64,000 nucleotides of DNA from Phycisphaerales bacterium (GCA_044229655.1 JBGASM010000007.1:13458-77457), one strand, 5' to 3'; counted from the first letter of the stretch, positions 1 through 11,811 are shown. The notes: a model not told the origin generated them from the letters alone. Translations and numbers: made by a program.

Positions 1-549
1 GCAGGTGCACGACGGGCGGGTCTGCTCCCATGTTTCAGGCACGAGCGCGAAGTCCTGGGCTGCAAGGCGAGCTCTGCCTTCGTCGGTCAGCTCGCCGGCC
101 AGCAGCGAGGCGGCCATGCCGGCCTCCGAGCACGCGAAAGCGACCAGCGCATCCCAGCGTGCATCGTCAAACGGAGTGAAGTCGATTCGCACCTGATACG
201 CCCGGGGCATCCGGCCCTGCACCGTGGCTGACGCGGAACCGGGAACGAAGAGGAGATTGGTGGTTTGCCCGAGACGGGCGTACTCAAGACCCTCAGCCTC
301 GGCGCCGACCATGGAGTGCCCGGTGAAGAGTCCCAGGAATGCGCGGGCGGCCGGGCTGCGGAACGCCTCGCCCTCCTTGAGTTTGAGGCGCAGACCTCCT
401 GTGACGCGGCGCGGCTTGGCTGAGGGACGGCGGGTGTAGCGCTGAAATGCAGGACGGCCCGTCACCGGCGCAGGGCTTGGGGGTGTCGGCGGAGCGGCGG
501 GGTCGCCGGGGGGCCCTGAAGGTGGAAGTTGATTGGGGTCGGCGCACAT
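1..549 (-). CDS. SWIM zinc-finger domain protein, N-terminal part only (gene runs off the window start)
   Basis: Absent from the ORF track because it has no stop inside the window. The reverse frame is open for 183 codons from ATG (complement of 547-549) to nt 1. Translation: MCADPNQLPPSGPPGDP...RMPRAYQVRIDFTPFDDARWDALVAFACSEAGMAASLLAGELTDEGRARLAAQDFALVPETWEQTRPSCTC. The terminal C-x-C is the beginning of a SWIM CxCxnCxH finger. The body resembles the bacterial SWIM proteins that accompany SNF2 helicases. Its start lies 2 nt after the SNF2 stop codon (552-554), so the two genes are probably co-transcribed. Confidence 0.6.
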   Translation of the reverse strand, partial: MCADPNQLPPSGPPGDPAAPPTPPSPAPVTGRPAFQRYTRRPSAKPRRVTGGLRLKLKEGEAFRSPAARAFLGLFTGHSMVGAEAEGLEYARLGQTTNLLFVPGSASATVQGRMPRAYQVRIDFTPFDDARWDALVAFACSEAGMAASLLAGELTDEGRARLAAQDFALVPETWEQTRPSCTC

Positions 550-551
550 GG

Positions 552-3500
552 TCAGGCGGACTCGCGGATGGAGGTGTCGTCGTCAGTCTCCACCGCGTCA
601 TAGCGGAGCTTGAGGATTTCATGCAGCTGGGAAGTGGAGAGCTCGGTGAGCCAGGCTTCGCCCGAGCCGATGATCTTCTGGGCCAGCTCGGTCTTCTGCT
701 CGATCATCTCGTCGATGCGCTCCTCCAGGGTCCCGGCGCAGATGAACTTGTGAACCTGCACGGCGCGATGCTGACCGATTCGGAAGGCCCGGTCGGTGGC
801 CTGATTTTCCACGGCCGGATTCCACCAGCGGTCGAAGTGGAAAACGTGATTGGCTGCGGTGAGGTTGAGCCCGACGCCGCCGACTTTGAGCGAGAGAACG
901 AAGAGGGGGCAGGTTCCGTCGCGCTTCTGGAAGCGGTCGATGAGTTGCTGACGCTTTCCGGGCGGCGTGCCGCCGTGCATGAACAGCGCATCAATGTTGA
1001 GTTCGGCGCGGATCAGGCGGGTGAGCAGATGACCCATCTCCCGGAACTGCGTGAAGATGAGGGCCGAATCTCCCTCCGCGATGACTTCATCGAGCATTTC
1101 CAGCAGGCGGCGCGTCTTGCCCGAGCGGCCGGTGAGGTCGGTACCGGTGCCGCCCTGCGGGTCCTCGCCCTGCCCCCAGTAGTGCGCCGGATGGTTGCAA
1201 ATCTGTTTGAGTTTGATCAGAGACGCAAGCACCAGGCCGCGCCGCCGGATGCCCTCTGCCTGGTCAGCGGTTTCGATCAATTGGTTGACCACGGCCTCAT
1301 ACAGGCGGGCCTGCTCGGAGGTGAGGGGGCAGTAGACCTTGGTCTCGAGTTTCTCGGGCAGGTCGGCGATGACGGAGGGGTCGGTTTTCAAACGGCGCAG
1401 AACAAAGGGCTGCACCATGCCGCGCAACTGGGCCGCGCGCGAGCGGTCGCGCAAGCGCTCGACGGGCACCGCGTATTCGCGGCGGAACTCTCCGGGCGTG
1501 CCGAGGTAGCCCGGATTGCAGAACTCCATAATGGACCACAATTCGGAGAGACGGTTCTCCACCGGCGTGCCGGTTAGAGCGATGCGGCGCGGAGCCTGGA
1601 TCGCGCGGATGGCGACCGCCTGCTTGGCTGTGGGATTCTTGATGTTCTGCGCCTCATCGAGGCACACGCGCCACCAGTTCACCTGGCTCATCCATTCCCG
1701 GTCGCGATAGGCAAGCGCGTACGTGGTGATGATGATGTCCGCGCTCGCTGCGTTCTCAATAAGGCGCGGCCCGCTTTCGCGCATGGGGCCATGATGGACA
1801 CGCACGCGCAGGTTGGGTGAGAAGCGATGGAACTCGCGCACCCAGTTGGCAATGACCGAAGTCGGAACCACGAGCAGTGTTGGCCCGATGACCGGCGCTT
1901 CGGTGGCCCCGTCCGGAGCCTGCCGTTCGGCAAGCAGGAGAGAGATGAACTGAATGGTCTTGCCCAGACCCATGTCGTCGGCCAGGCACGCTCCGAGTCC
2001 GTACTGGTCCAGGAATGCCAGCCACGACAAGCCCTTGACCTGGTAGGGTCTGAGCGTGCCCAGGAACTGCGCGGGCTGTGGCACCATCGGCATACGCGTG
2101 CCGCTGGTCTGGGGGGTCAGGAGGTAGGAAACCCAGCCGGTGGCATCAAGACCGGAGACAGGCAGGCCGAGGCGCCCAGCGGCGGGCCCGTAGGCCATCT
2201 GCAGGGCTTCGCGCACGGTGATCTGCCCGCGGATCTGCTTGCGCAGAAAGTCCTCTGCGGCGGCAAGGTCCTCAGCACGCAATTCAATCCAGCGGTTCTT
2301 CCAGCGGATCAGCGGTCCGCGCTCGCGGGCCAGCCTGCGAAACTCCTCAAAAGTGAGGGCTTGGTCGCCCAGTGCGATCTGCCAAGAAAAGTCGACGAGC
2401 GAGTCGAGCCCCAGGGTGGCCCGGCCGGCTGGGCTGAACCCCATGGAGCGCACGCCCTCACTGGGCAGTTCTTCGCTGTCCACCTTGAGGCGCAGGCTGA
2501 TGCCGCGCTCGGGGTTGTCCCACCAGGAGGGAATGTCGACCGAGAAGCCCGACTCCTGCAGCAGCGGGCGCACGTCGCGCATGAAGAGGTACGCCTGGCG
2601 GGTTGTCAGTTCGATTACTGAAGGTGTCGCGCCCGCCAGTACCGTGTCCAGCAGGGAGAAAACGCGGCTAGCGCGCTTGAGTTCCTTGAGCAGGAGTTCC
2701 TGGGGGTGCTCGATGCGCCGGCCCTCAAAGAAATGAACATCGCCGGGAGACTTCCAGATGCGCGACGCCTCGACGAGGTGATTCGGATCATCAAACGCCT
2801 GCAGGTAGAACGAGATCGTCCACGGGAGGTCGCCATGCGCTTCGGGATTGAAAAGGTCGGGCCAGGGGCCGCCGGCGGGCGCGGCCGGTTCGGCCAGGTG
2901 CAGATGGAGCCGGTATTGCTGCTGCGGACTGGGGTCGCGCAGGCGGCCGACCCACTCGCGCGCGCCGCGCGTGAGTTCGACGGTCAGGCCGGTGCCGGCG
3001 CTGATGCGGTGCTCTGCTCCCAGCAGCGCGGCCAGCCAGGCGACGTGCTCATCCGGGCCGCGGTCCCACATCTCAACCGCGCTCTTCATGTCATGCTGCA
3101 GCAGGGCCCGGCGCACCGCCGCATCCGCAACCGCGGAAAGAAAGTCCGTGAGCATGGCCGCGCCGTCATGGCGAAACTCATCGGTGGCGGCGCGAACGAC
3201 GGGGGGCATGGCCCGGATGAGCAGGCTGAGGCGGTGGCGAGATTCATCGGTCTGAAGCCAAAGCCGCCACGAGCCGCGCAGATCGCCGCTGGATTCGAGG
3301 GCGACGGCGGGGACAAGCCGCTGGCCTACCAGCATGGACGCCACCAGTCGAGCGGCAGCGCAGAAGTAGCGCACAGACTGTCCGAATATGAACCGATGGG
3401 CATCCGTGCGGGCTTCGAGGCGCGCCAGCGTGGGAAGCACATCCTCGGGCGGGATAGCCAGCGTGGCTATGTCATGCGGGGCCAGGATCGGTGCGGGCGC

Positions 3501-3812
3501 AGACGGCGCCTCAGCCGCCGCCGGGCTGGCCCCTGCCTCGTCAGGTTCCTCCCCCTCCGGACCGAGGTCAGCGCTCGATTCGGCGGACATCTCATCCGCT
3601 TCCGCGCTGGGCAGCGCGACGTTGTCGCGTGTGGGAAGCAGGAGTGTCAAGTGCGATGGAACAGGCGCGCTGAGGCGGCCCGGCGCTGTCCCGTCCAAAG
3701 CGATTCCGAGCAGGTCGGCCAGGTGCTCAGGCGCCAGGCGTCCGCGCGGTTCGATGCGCTCTGCCCAAAGGTGCAATCGTCCGTGAGACCATGTGGCATG
3801 GAGTACGTGCAT
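552..3812 (-). CDS. SNF2/RAD54-family helicase (DEAD/DEAH box)
   Basis: 1086-aa ORF. Helicase motif I is LADDMGLGKT and motif II is CLDEAQNIKN. The C-terminal helicase block is LKVGGVGLNLTAANHVFHFDRWWNPAVENQATDRAFRIGQ. The long N-terminal region is of the bacterial SNF2-associated type. Confidence 0.92.
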   Translation of the reverse strand: MHVLHATWSHGRLHLWAERIEPRGRLAPEHLADLLGIALDGTAPGRLSAPVPSHLTLLLPTRDNVALPSAEADEMSAESSADLGPEGEEPDEAGASPAAAEAPSAPAPILAPHDIATLAIPPEDVLPTLARLEARTDAHRFIFGQSVRYFCAAARLVASMLVGQRLVPAVALESSGDLRGSWRLWLQTDESRHRLSLLIRAMPPVVRAATDEFRHDGAAMLTDFLSAVADAAVRRALLQHDMKSAVEMWDRGPDEHVAWLAALLGAEHRISAGTGLTVELTRGAREWVGRLRDPSPQQQYRLHLHLAEPAAPAGGPWPDLFNPEAHGDLPWTISFYLQAFDDPNHLVEASRIWKSPGDVHFFEGRRIEHPQELLLKELKRASRVFSLLDTVLAGATPSVIELTTRQAYLFMRDVRPLLQESGFSVDIPSWWDNPERGISLRLKVDSEELPSEGVRSMGFSPAGRATLGLDSLVDFSWQIALGDQALTFEEFRRLARERGPLIRWKNRWIELRAEDLAAAEDFLRKQIRGQITVREALQMAYGPAAGRLGLPVSGLDATGWVSYLLTPQTSGTRMPMVPQPAQFLGTLRPYQVKGLSWLAFLDQYGLGACLADDMGLGKTIQFISLLLAERQAPDGATEAPVIGPTLLVVPTSVIANWVREFHRFSPNLRVRVHHGPMRESGPRLIENAASADIIITTYALAYRDREWMSQVNWWRVCLDEAQNIKNPTAKQAVAIRAIQAPRRIALTGTPVENRLSELWSIMEFCNPGYLGTPGEFRREYAVPVERLRDRSRAAQLRGMVQPFVLRRLKTDPSVIADLPEKLETKVYCPLTSEQARLYEAVVNQLIETADQAEGIRRRGLVLASLIKLKQICNHPAHYWGQGEDPQGGTGTDLTGRSGKTRRLLEMLDEVIAEGDSALIFTQFREMGHLLTRLIRAELNIDALFMHGGTPPGKRQQLIDRFQKRDGTCPLFVLSLKVGGVGLNLTAANHVFHFDRWWNPAVENQATDRAFRIGQHRAVQVHKFICAGTLEERIDEMIEQKTELAQKIIGSGEAWLTELSTSQLHEILKLRYDAVETDDDTSIRESA

Positions 3813-3860
3813 GTGGTCGTGCTAACCTCGCCCCGCGCGGCGGCCGCGCCCTGCGGCCAA

Positions 3861-3933
<73 letters not shown>

Positions 3934-4160
3934 CGGAACCCGCAAGGTTAAGCAGAAGAAGCCGTCACGCCAATAAGCGGACGGTAATTGCGGTCGAGTT
4001 GACGAAAGCAGCGCTGCAGCGGCGTCCTCACGGGTCCCGGCCGGTCGGAAAACCCGCGGCGGGCGGGGGGGTTGGCGGTTGCTCAATTCAGGCCTGATTC
4101 CTATCCTGCACATTCGCGCTGGGGGAATTGCATGCACTTCTTCGAAGACAGGACAGCGAA

Positions 4161-5558
4161 ATGACCAGCATGGCCACGGAACTGTATTTCTCAGCGGTGA
4201 ACATTGAGGACGCCGGCGTTGCCAACAAGAAGGTGACGATCGACATCCCGGCTGAGGTTGTGGATAGCCGACTGCGCGAGCAGATGGATGCGCTCACGAC
4301 GCAGGCCTCACTGCCCGGCTTCCGCCCGGGCAAGGTGCCCAAGGGACTGCTTGAGAAGCGGTTCGGCAAGGGCGTGCGTGAGGAGACGCGCAACGGTCTG
4401 GTGCGCGACGCATGCAGCAAGGCCATTCGCGAGAACAACCTGAAAGTCCTGGGCAACGCGATGGTCAAGGAGATCGAGACGCTCGACGTCGCCCCTGGCA
4501 AAGGGCTCAAATTCGCCTTCGAAGTCGAGGTCATGCCGGATTTCACCCTTCCGCCGCTCGAGGGAGTGGAGGTCAAGCGGCCGAATCAGCCCGTGACGAC
4601 CGAGATGATCGACAAGGAAATCAACCTGCAGCGCGAGCGTCGCGGTCAGTTGCAGCCGGTCGAAGGATCAGCTCAGAAGGGCGACTTCTTCATTGGCCGC
4701 ATCTGGGCGACCAATGGCGAAGGCAAGGAAGTGGCAGCCCTGCAGCAGGGCGTCACGCGCTGGCCGATTGAAGATGATGGGAGCGGCGCCATCGGCGGCA
4801 TCCGCGTGGAGAATCTGGCCAAGCACCTCGAAGGCAAGAACAAGAGCGAGGTGATTGAGATCGAACTGACCGGCCCGGCGAATCACGAAATCGAGGAAAT
4901 CCGCGGGCAGAAGATCACCGTCCGCCAGAATGTCGAGCACATCGGCCGGCTCCAGCCGGCATCGATGGAGGAGATACTCGCCAGCGCCGGCATGGCCAGC
5001 GAAGAGGACCTGCGCAAGCGCCTTGAGACCGCCCTGGGTGAGGTCATTGAAGGTGAGAAGCGCGAAGTGATGCGTCGACAGGTCATTCGCTATCTCATGG
5101 AAAAGACAGAAGTTCCCCTGCCTGAACGGGCCTCAGCCGCACAGGCCCAGCGCGCTCTTGAAGGCATGCGCCTGCGCCTGCTGCAGCGTGGTGTGCCGGA
5201 CTACGCCATTGAAAAGAATCTCGCGGAGATGCGCGATGCGTCGGCGGAACGCGGCAAGCGGGAACTGAAGATTTTCTTCATTCTCGAGCGCATCGCCGAG
5301 CAGTATGGCGTGACGGTGAATGAGCAGGAACTCAACGGTCGGATTTTCCAGATCGCCCGCGCCCGAGGCATGCGTCCTGACAAGGTGCGCGCGGAATTGG
5401 TGGAGTCCAGCCAGTTGGCGCCGCTCGCGCTGCAGATCCGCCACGAGAAGGCCGCGGACCACGTGGTCAGCCTGGGCAAGATCACGGACATCACGGCCGA
5501 GGTGTGGAACGAGACCATGAAGAAGGAAGGTCTCGCAAAGGATGAGGCCGAGGATTGA
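4161..5558 (+). CDS. tig: trigger factor (ribosome-associated peptidyl-prolyl isomerase)
   Basis: The ORF 4128-5558 has the domain order and N-terminus typical of trigger factor (MTSMATELYFSAVNIEDAGVANKKVTIDIPAEVV...LPGFRPGKVP) and sits upstream of clpX. The start is uncertain: ATG at 4128, 4161 or 4170. Confidence 0.88.
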   Translation: MTSMATELYFSAVNIEDAGVANKKVTIDIPAEVVDSRLREQMDALTTQASLPGFRPGKVPKGLLEKRFGKGVREETRNGLVRDACSKAIRENNLKVLGNAMVKEIETLDVAPGKGLKFAFEVEVMPDFTLPPLEGVEVKRPNQPVTTEMIDKEINLQRERRGQLQPVEGSAQKGDFFIGRIWATNGEGKEVAALQQGVTRWPIEDDGSGAIGGIRVENLAKHLEGKNKSEVIEIELTGPANHEIEEIRGQKITVRQNVEHIGRLQPASMEEILASAGMASEEDLRKRLETALGEVIEGEKREVMRRQVIRYLMEKTEVPLPERASAAQAQRALEGMRLRLLQRGVPDYAIEKNLAEMRDASAERGKRELKIFFILERIAEQYGVTVNEQELNGRIFQIARARGMRPDKVRAELVESSQLAPLALQIRHEKAADHVVSLGKITDITAEVWNETMKKEGLAKDEAED

Positions 5559-5700
5559 GCGAGGCGATGCCCGGCCCTGGAACGGGATGAATTCACACGA
5601 ATCGGCGGCTGAAGACGGGCGGCAAGGTCGCATCGAGGTTATTGCGCGCCTGGACTGCAAAATCACGCGCAGGTCATCCCTGTAGGGGTACACTTCAGCG

Positions 5701-6018
5701 ATGCCGGACGGGATCGTTTTTCTCCTGCTGCAGGCGCAGACTGAGGTGTTCGACTGGCGATTCTGGCTGTGGGTCGCGATGATTGTGGCGGCGCTGGCGG
5801 CAGGGGTGTGGGCGATTCTGCATGTGCGCGGCATGGCCGGGGGGCGCGGGGCTGATATCGATGACCTCTCGCTGGAGGACCTGAAGAGTCTCCACGAACG
5901 GGGTTCGATATCTCGAGTGGAATATGAGGCAGCCCGGACCGTTGTCCTGCGAAGAATCAAAAGCGAACAGGCCGATATGATGAAATCCAGTGACTCTCAG
6001 TCTGCGAAACGGACGTAG
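5701..6018 (+). CDS. small membrane protein with C-terminal SHOCT-like domain
   Basis: 105 aa. It has one hydrophobic helix (WRFWLWVAMIVAALAAGVWAILHV) followed by LEDLKSLHERGSISRVEYEAARTVVLRRI. That segment fits the SHOCT pattern L..LK.L...G.I(S/T)..E(Y/F)...(K/R)..(L/V)L. Confidence 0.5.
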   Translation: MPDGIVFLLLQAQTEVFDWRFWLWVAMIVAALAAGVWAILHVRGMAGGRGADIDDLSLEDLKSLHERGSISRVEYEAARTVVLRRIKSEQADMMKSSDSQSAKRT

Positions 6019-6129
6019 GTGCGCCAGTCAAGTTTTGCGCTCCGCTCGTCGATAAGCAGACAGGAACAGGACTCACACGGGAGGCGTCCCCACACGGGGG
6101 CGCAACTCGTTGACAAACAAAGGTGATGC

Positions 6130-7581
<1,452 letters not shown>

Positions 7582-7625
7582 TCCTGCGGGACCATAGGGA
7601 TTTGTTCGGTATGAAGTGCATTGTG

Positions 7626-7657
7626 GAGCCCTCGGCTGTCTGCTGAGGGCTCTTTTC
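7626..7657 (+). terminator. rho-independent terminator after clpX
   Basis: A perfect 8-bp stem, GAGCCCTC (7626-7633) with GAGGGCTC (7645-7652), has an 11-nt loop and is followed by TTTTC. Confidence 0.6.
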
Positions 7658-7861
7658 ACCTTGAAACCGCACGTGGCGCATCCCCTATAACGGACCGTGC
7701 AGCTGGCTCCCAGGCGTCCCCGGGGTCAACAGGCCGACCGCGTAGAATTTGAGCTTTCCGGGCCGTCTGAGCCTTGGCATCGCTTTCTGCGCTGCGGCCA
7801 TCCGGCCGGCCAGTCGCAACCTCATGGGAATACCCCTCCATTTTTCAAAGGAATCCAGAGA

Positions 7862-9913
7862 ATGAACCTGATTCGTGATCGACGTGCGCTCCAAGTCACC
7901 CTGTCCGCAGGTGTGCTGACGACCCTTGCTTGCGGAACTCTTCTGCTGGCGGCTGAGGAACCCAAGATGGAAGTGCCGCTCATCGCGCGCGATGTGATCT
8001 TCGGCAACCCGGAGCGAACCGGTCCACAGATCAGCCCGGACGGCAAGCAGATCGCCTATATCGCACCGGTCGATGGTGTGATGAATCTTTGGGTCGGCAA
8101 CGCGACCGATATCAAGAACGCCAAGCCGGTCACCGCCGACAAGGGCCGCGGCATCACCCAGTACTTCTGGGCCTACGACAACTCACACATTCTGTACCTG
8201 CAGGATCAGGGCGGGAACGAGAACTGGAGTGTGTTCAGCGTGAGCCTGACGGATGGCAAGACGACGAACCTTACGCCGATGCCCAACGTGGCAGCCCAGA
8301 TTTCGGGCGTGAGCGCCAAGATCCCCAATGAAATCCTTGTGGGCGTCAACGATCGCAACCCGCAGTTGCATGATCTGTGGCGCATCAACATCTCCACCGG
8401 CGAGAGGAAACTCGTCGCGGAGAATCCCGGATTTGCGGGCTTCGTCACCGATGATGACTACAACGCACGGCTCGCACTGGCCATGACGCCCGACGGCGGC
8501 ATGAGCGTGCAGAAATCCGCTTCGGACGGCGCATGGGCCAATTTCGCCAAAATCAGCATGGAGGACTCGCTGACCACGGGTCCCACATCGTTGGATGCGA
8601 CCGGCCAAAACATCTACATGATTGACAGCCGCGGGCGGAACACCGCCGCCCTCACGCTGGTCAACCTCGAAACCGGCGCATCGAAACTGATTGCCGAAAA
8701 CCCCAAGGCCGACGTCGATGGAGTCCTGATTCAGCCGACGACAAAGGCGCTCCAGGCGGTTTCCTTCAACTACCTCCGCACGGAATGGGTCGTACTCGAC
8801 AAGTCGATTGAGGCTGACTTCGCAGCGCTCAAGCAGGTCACGGACGGTGATTTCCAGATTGCCAGCCGAACCTATGACGACTCGAAGTGGATCGTTTCCT
8901 ATGTGATGGACGATGGGCCCGTGCGCTTCTACCTCTACGACCGGCCCGCCAAGAAGACGACGTTTCTCTTCACCAACCGCCCCGCACTGGAGGATCTGAC
9001 GCTGGCCAAGATGCACCCTGTGGTGATCAAGTCTCGAGACGGCCTCGACCTGGTGAGTTATTTGAGCCTCCCGCCTCAGACCGACTCTGACAATGATGCG
9101 ACACCCAATCAGCCGTTGCCGATGGTGCTGCTGGTTCACGGCGGCCCCTGGGCGCGCGATGAATGGGGATACAACGGCCTGCATCAGTGGCTGGCTAATC
9201 GCGGCTACGCGGTTCTGTCCGTCAATTTCCGCGGCTCCACCGGCTTTGGCAAGGACTTCATCAACGCGAGCAACATGGAGTGGGGCGCGAAGATGCACAA
9301 CGACCTGCTCGACGCGGTCGACTGGGCCGTTGGGCGCAAGATCGCTGATCCCAGCAAAGTCGCCATCATGGGCGGCAGTTACGGCGGATATGCGACTCTT
9401 GTGGGTGTGACCATGACGCCCGACAAGTTCGCTTGCGGCGTCGACATTGTGGGCCCCTCCAGCATCGTAACCCTGCTCAACACCATTCCGCCCTACTGGC
9501 AGCCCATGATTGAGATGTTCACCACCCGTGTGGGCGACCACAGGACGGACGAGGGCCGCAAGTTCCTCGAGGAGCGCTCGCCGCTCACTCACGTGGCCAA
9601 TATCAAGAAGCCGCTGCTCATCGGCCAAGGCGCCAACGACCCGCGCGTTAAAGTCTCCGAGTCCGAACAGATCGTTGCGGCGATGAAGGAGAAGAAGCTC
9701 CCCGTCACCTACGTCGTCTATCCCGACGAGGGCCACGGCTTTGTCCGCCCCGAAAACAAGCTGAGTTTCTTTGCCATCACCGAGGCCTTCCTCGGTCAGC
9801 ACGTCGGCGGACGAGTTGAACCCATCGGCGAGGACTTCAAGGGCTCATCCCTGGATGTTCAGGCCGGCGCCGGCGACGTCCCGGGCGTGGAGTCTGCGCT
9901 GACGGACAAGTGA
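7862..9913 (+). CDS. S9 family serine peptidase (prolyl oligopeptidase / dipeptidyl-peptidase type), secreted
   Basis: Signal peptide MNLIRDRRALQVTLSAGVLTTLACGTLLLAA. N-terminal propeller-like region. C-terminal alpha/beta hydrolase with nucleophile motif GGSYGGY, plus GANDPRV and DEGHGF (the Asp and His of the triad). The track ORF begins at 7697, but the ATG at 7862 gives the signal peptide. Confidence 0.85.
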   Translation: MNLIRDRRALQVTLSAGVLTTLACGTLLLAAEEPKMEVPLIARDVIFGNPERTGPQISPDGKQIAYIAPVDGVMNLWVGNATDIKNAKPVTADKGRGITQYFWAYDNSHILYLQDQGGNENWSVFSVSLTDGKTTNLTPMPNVAAQISGVSAKIPNEILVGVNDRNPQLHDLWRINISTGERKLVAENPGFAGFVTDDDYNARLALAMTPDGGMSVQKSASDGAWANFAKISMEDSLTTGPTSLDATGQNIYMIDSRGRNTAALTLVNLETGASKLIAENPKADVDGVLIQPTTKALQAVSFNYLRTEWVVLDKSIEADFAALKQVTDGDFQIASRTYDDSKWIVSYVMDDGPVRFYLYDRPAKKTTFLFTNRPALEDLTLAKMHPVVIKSRDGLDLVSYLSLPPQTDSDNDATPNQPLPMVLLVHGGPWARDEWGYNGLHQWLANRGYAVLSVNFRGSTGFGKDFINASNMEWGAKMHNDLLDAVDWAVGRKIADPSKVAIMGGSYGGYATLVGVTMTPDKFACGVDIVGPSSIVTLLNTIPPYWQPMIEMFTTRVGDHRTDEGRKFLEERSPLTHVANIKKPLLIGQGANDPRVKVSESEQIVAAMKEKKLPVTYVVYPDEGHGFVRPENKLSFFAITEAFLGQHVGGRVEPIGEDFKGSSLDVQAGAGDVPGVESALTDK

Positions 9914-9947
9914 TTCGTCGTGCAGTGATCGAGCCGTAATCCCCCCT

Positions 9948-9981
9948 GACGGCGGGCCCCCACCCGGGTCCGCCGTCTTTT
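9948..9981 (+). terminator. rho-independent terminator after the S9 peptidase gene
   Basis: The stem GACGGCGG (9948-9955) pairs with CCGCCGTC (9970-9977) and is followed by TTTT. Confidence 0.55.
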
Positions 9982-9999
9982 CATTCAAATCCCCGTCGG

Positions 10000-11670
10000 A
10001 TGCTACGATCCGCGGCATCAGGATGCATGGGCGCGAAAAGGAGTGATTGCGTGAGTTACGTCAGCGATCAGGTTCGGTCGGCAGAACAGCACGCATCACC
10101 GAGCGGATCGATTATCGAAACCCTGCAATCGCTCATCATCGCATTCGCCTTTGCCTTCATCTTTCGGGCATTTGTGGCGGAGGCGTTCGTCATTCCCACC
10201 GGTTCCATGGCCCCCACGCTCAACGGCGCGCATGTCCTGGCGTCAAGCCCGGATTCGGGGTACAAGTTTGATGTCGGGGCAATTGATGTCGCTCCGGGGC
10301 GCGGGTCAGAGGCCCTGCCCATCCAGGGGGGCAATACGGCGATCATCGTGCCAGACCCGATGCTCGATACCGTCGATGGTCGCGCTTCGGATCGGCTGTC
10401 CTCAATCCGTTTTCAGGATGCGCGCACACGCATGGGCGACCGCATTCTCGTCCTCAAATATCTGTACACGTTCTTTGAGCCGAAGCGCTTTGACGTCGTC
10501 GTCTTCAAGAATCCGACCGACCCCTCTGTGAACTTCATCAAGCGCCTCATCGGCCTGCCCGGTGAAACCATCTGGCTGGCTGACGGCGACGTCTTCGCCT
10601 CCACCAGCGGCCCCACCGGCGCTTTCAGGATTCAACGCAAGCCCGAGTACATTCAGCGCGCCGTCTGGCAGCCCGTCTATCACAGCGAATACATCCCGCT
10701 TCATCCCGAGCGCATCATCCCCGCGTGGAAGTCACCTTGGCAGGGCGATGGGTGGGACACCACCGGCCGTTCCTATTCGCATGCAAGCGCCAGCCCCAGC
10801 GTCCTTTCGTTCGCGCGGGATACCAAGCCCGTGACAGACCGCAATCCCTACAACGAGGCCGGCAGGCAATACCAGAACCCGGCATTCTGGTATCCGACCG
10901 CAGACCTGCGCTTTTCCGCCGGAGTGGAGGTCACCTCCGAGAGTCAGGAGTTCAGCATCCTGCTGGAGGCTCGGCAGCACGAATTTGAGGCTCGTTTTGC
11001 CTCCGGGTCATGCACACTGCGCATGCGGCCGTCTGGTGCGGACCAAGCGCCATGGAGCGATCTGGCGACAGCGCCCGTGTCTCTCCCGGTCGGAAGTGTC
11101 AGCAATGTTGAGTTCTGGCATGTTGATCAGGCCATGACGGTCTGGGTCGACGGCGAACAGATCGTTTCCGCAGCATACGAGTGGGAGCCGGATGAACGTC
11201 TCCGCCTCGCGACTGGGTTGGATACCGCTGGGGCACGCGCGCTTGGCGCCCGTCAGCCGTGGCGTAATCCCGATCACCATCCCTCTCGAACCGCGCTCAG
11301 CCTGCACTTCTCCGCCGGTCCCGTGTCGCTTCATCGCGTCAATGTCGATCGGGATCTGTATTACCAGCCGGCCGAGTACACGCGAATCGGCGGCGGACCG
11401 GGACTGGCTACGCACCCGGACAACCTTGCGGTGCTCAAGGCTGATCAGTTCTTCTGCTGCGGAGACAACAGCGCCGCCAGCTCCGACGGACGCCTGTGGG
11501 ACCCCCCCGTTCCCTGGGTTGCCTATGAGGTGGACCCCACTCGGGGGATTGTGAATCGCGATCTTCTGCTCGGTAAGGCATTCTTTGTTTACTTCCCATC
11601 ACCTGAGGGAATCACCGATCAGGGGATGCGCTTCGTGCCGGGATTCGGCGCGATGCGTTTCATCCGGTGA
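10000..11670 (+). CDS. lepB: signal peptidase I (S26A), unusually long
   Basis: TM anchor LIIAFAFAFIFRAFV. Catalytic Ser box IPTGSMAPTL. Lys box FIKRLIGLPGETI. Box E is GDNSAASSDGRLW. About 300 aa lie between the Lys box and box E. The exact start is uncertain. Confidence 0.8.
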   Translation: MLRSAASGCMGAKRSDCVSYVSDQVRSAEQHASPSGSIIETLQSLIIAFAFAFIFRAFVAEAFVIPTGSMAPTLNGAHVLASSPDSGYKFDVGAIDVAPGRGSEALPIQGGNTAIIVPDPMLDTVDGRASDRLSSIRFQDARTRMGDRILVLKYLYTFFEPKRFDVVVFKNPTDPSVNFIKRLIGLPGETIWLADGDVFASTSGPTGAFRIQRKPEYIQRAVWQPVYHSEYIPLHPERIIPAWKSPWQGDGWDTTGRSYSHASASPSVLSFARDTKPVTDRNPYNEAGRQYQNPAFWYPTADLRFSAGVEVTSESQEFSILLEARQHEFEARFASGSCTLRMRPSGADQAPWSDLATAPVSLPVGSVSNVEFWHVDQAMTVWVDGEQIVSAAYEWEPDERLRLATGLDTAGARALGARQPWRNPDHHPSRTALSLHFSAGPVSLHRVNVDRDLYYQPAEYTRIGGGPGLATHPDNLAVLKADQFFCCGDNSAASSDGRLWDPPVPWVAYEVDPTRGIVNRDLLLGKAFFVYFPSPEGITDQGMRFVPGFGAMRFIR

Positions 11671-11737
11671 GAGGCGGCCCAGAAATTGTGGACAGCGCGC
11701 GGCGACGCGATATCGTTGCGTTTCGGCAATCAGCCGT

Positions 11738-11811
11738 GCAGGTGTAGCTCAATTGGATAGAGCTTCTGACTACGGATCAGAGGGTTGCAGGTTCGAGTCC
11801 TGCCACCTGCG
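11738..11811 (+). tRNA. tRNA-Arg (anticodon ACG)
   Basis: 74-nt cloverleaf: GCAGGTG TA GCTC AATTGGATA GAGC T TCTGA CTACGGA TCAGA GGGTT GCAGG TTCGAGT CCTGC CACCTGC G. Confidence 0.9.

Noticed and set aside
8183-9802. 539-aa minus-strand ORF inside the S9 peptidase gene.
   Set aside because: It is antisense to a gene with a clear catalytic triad, and I recognise no motifs in it. It is a high-GC shadow ORF.
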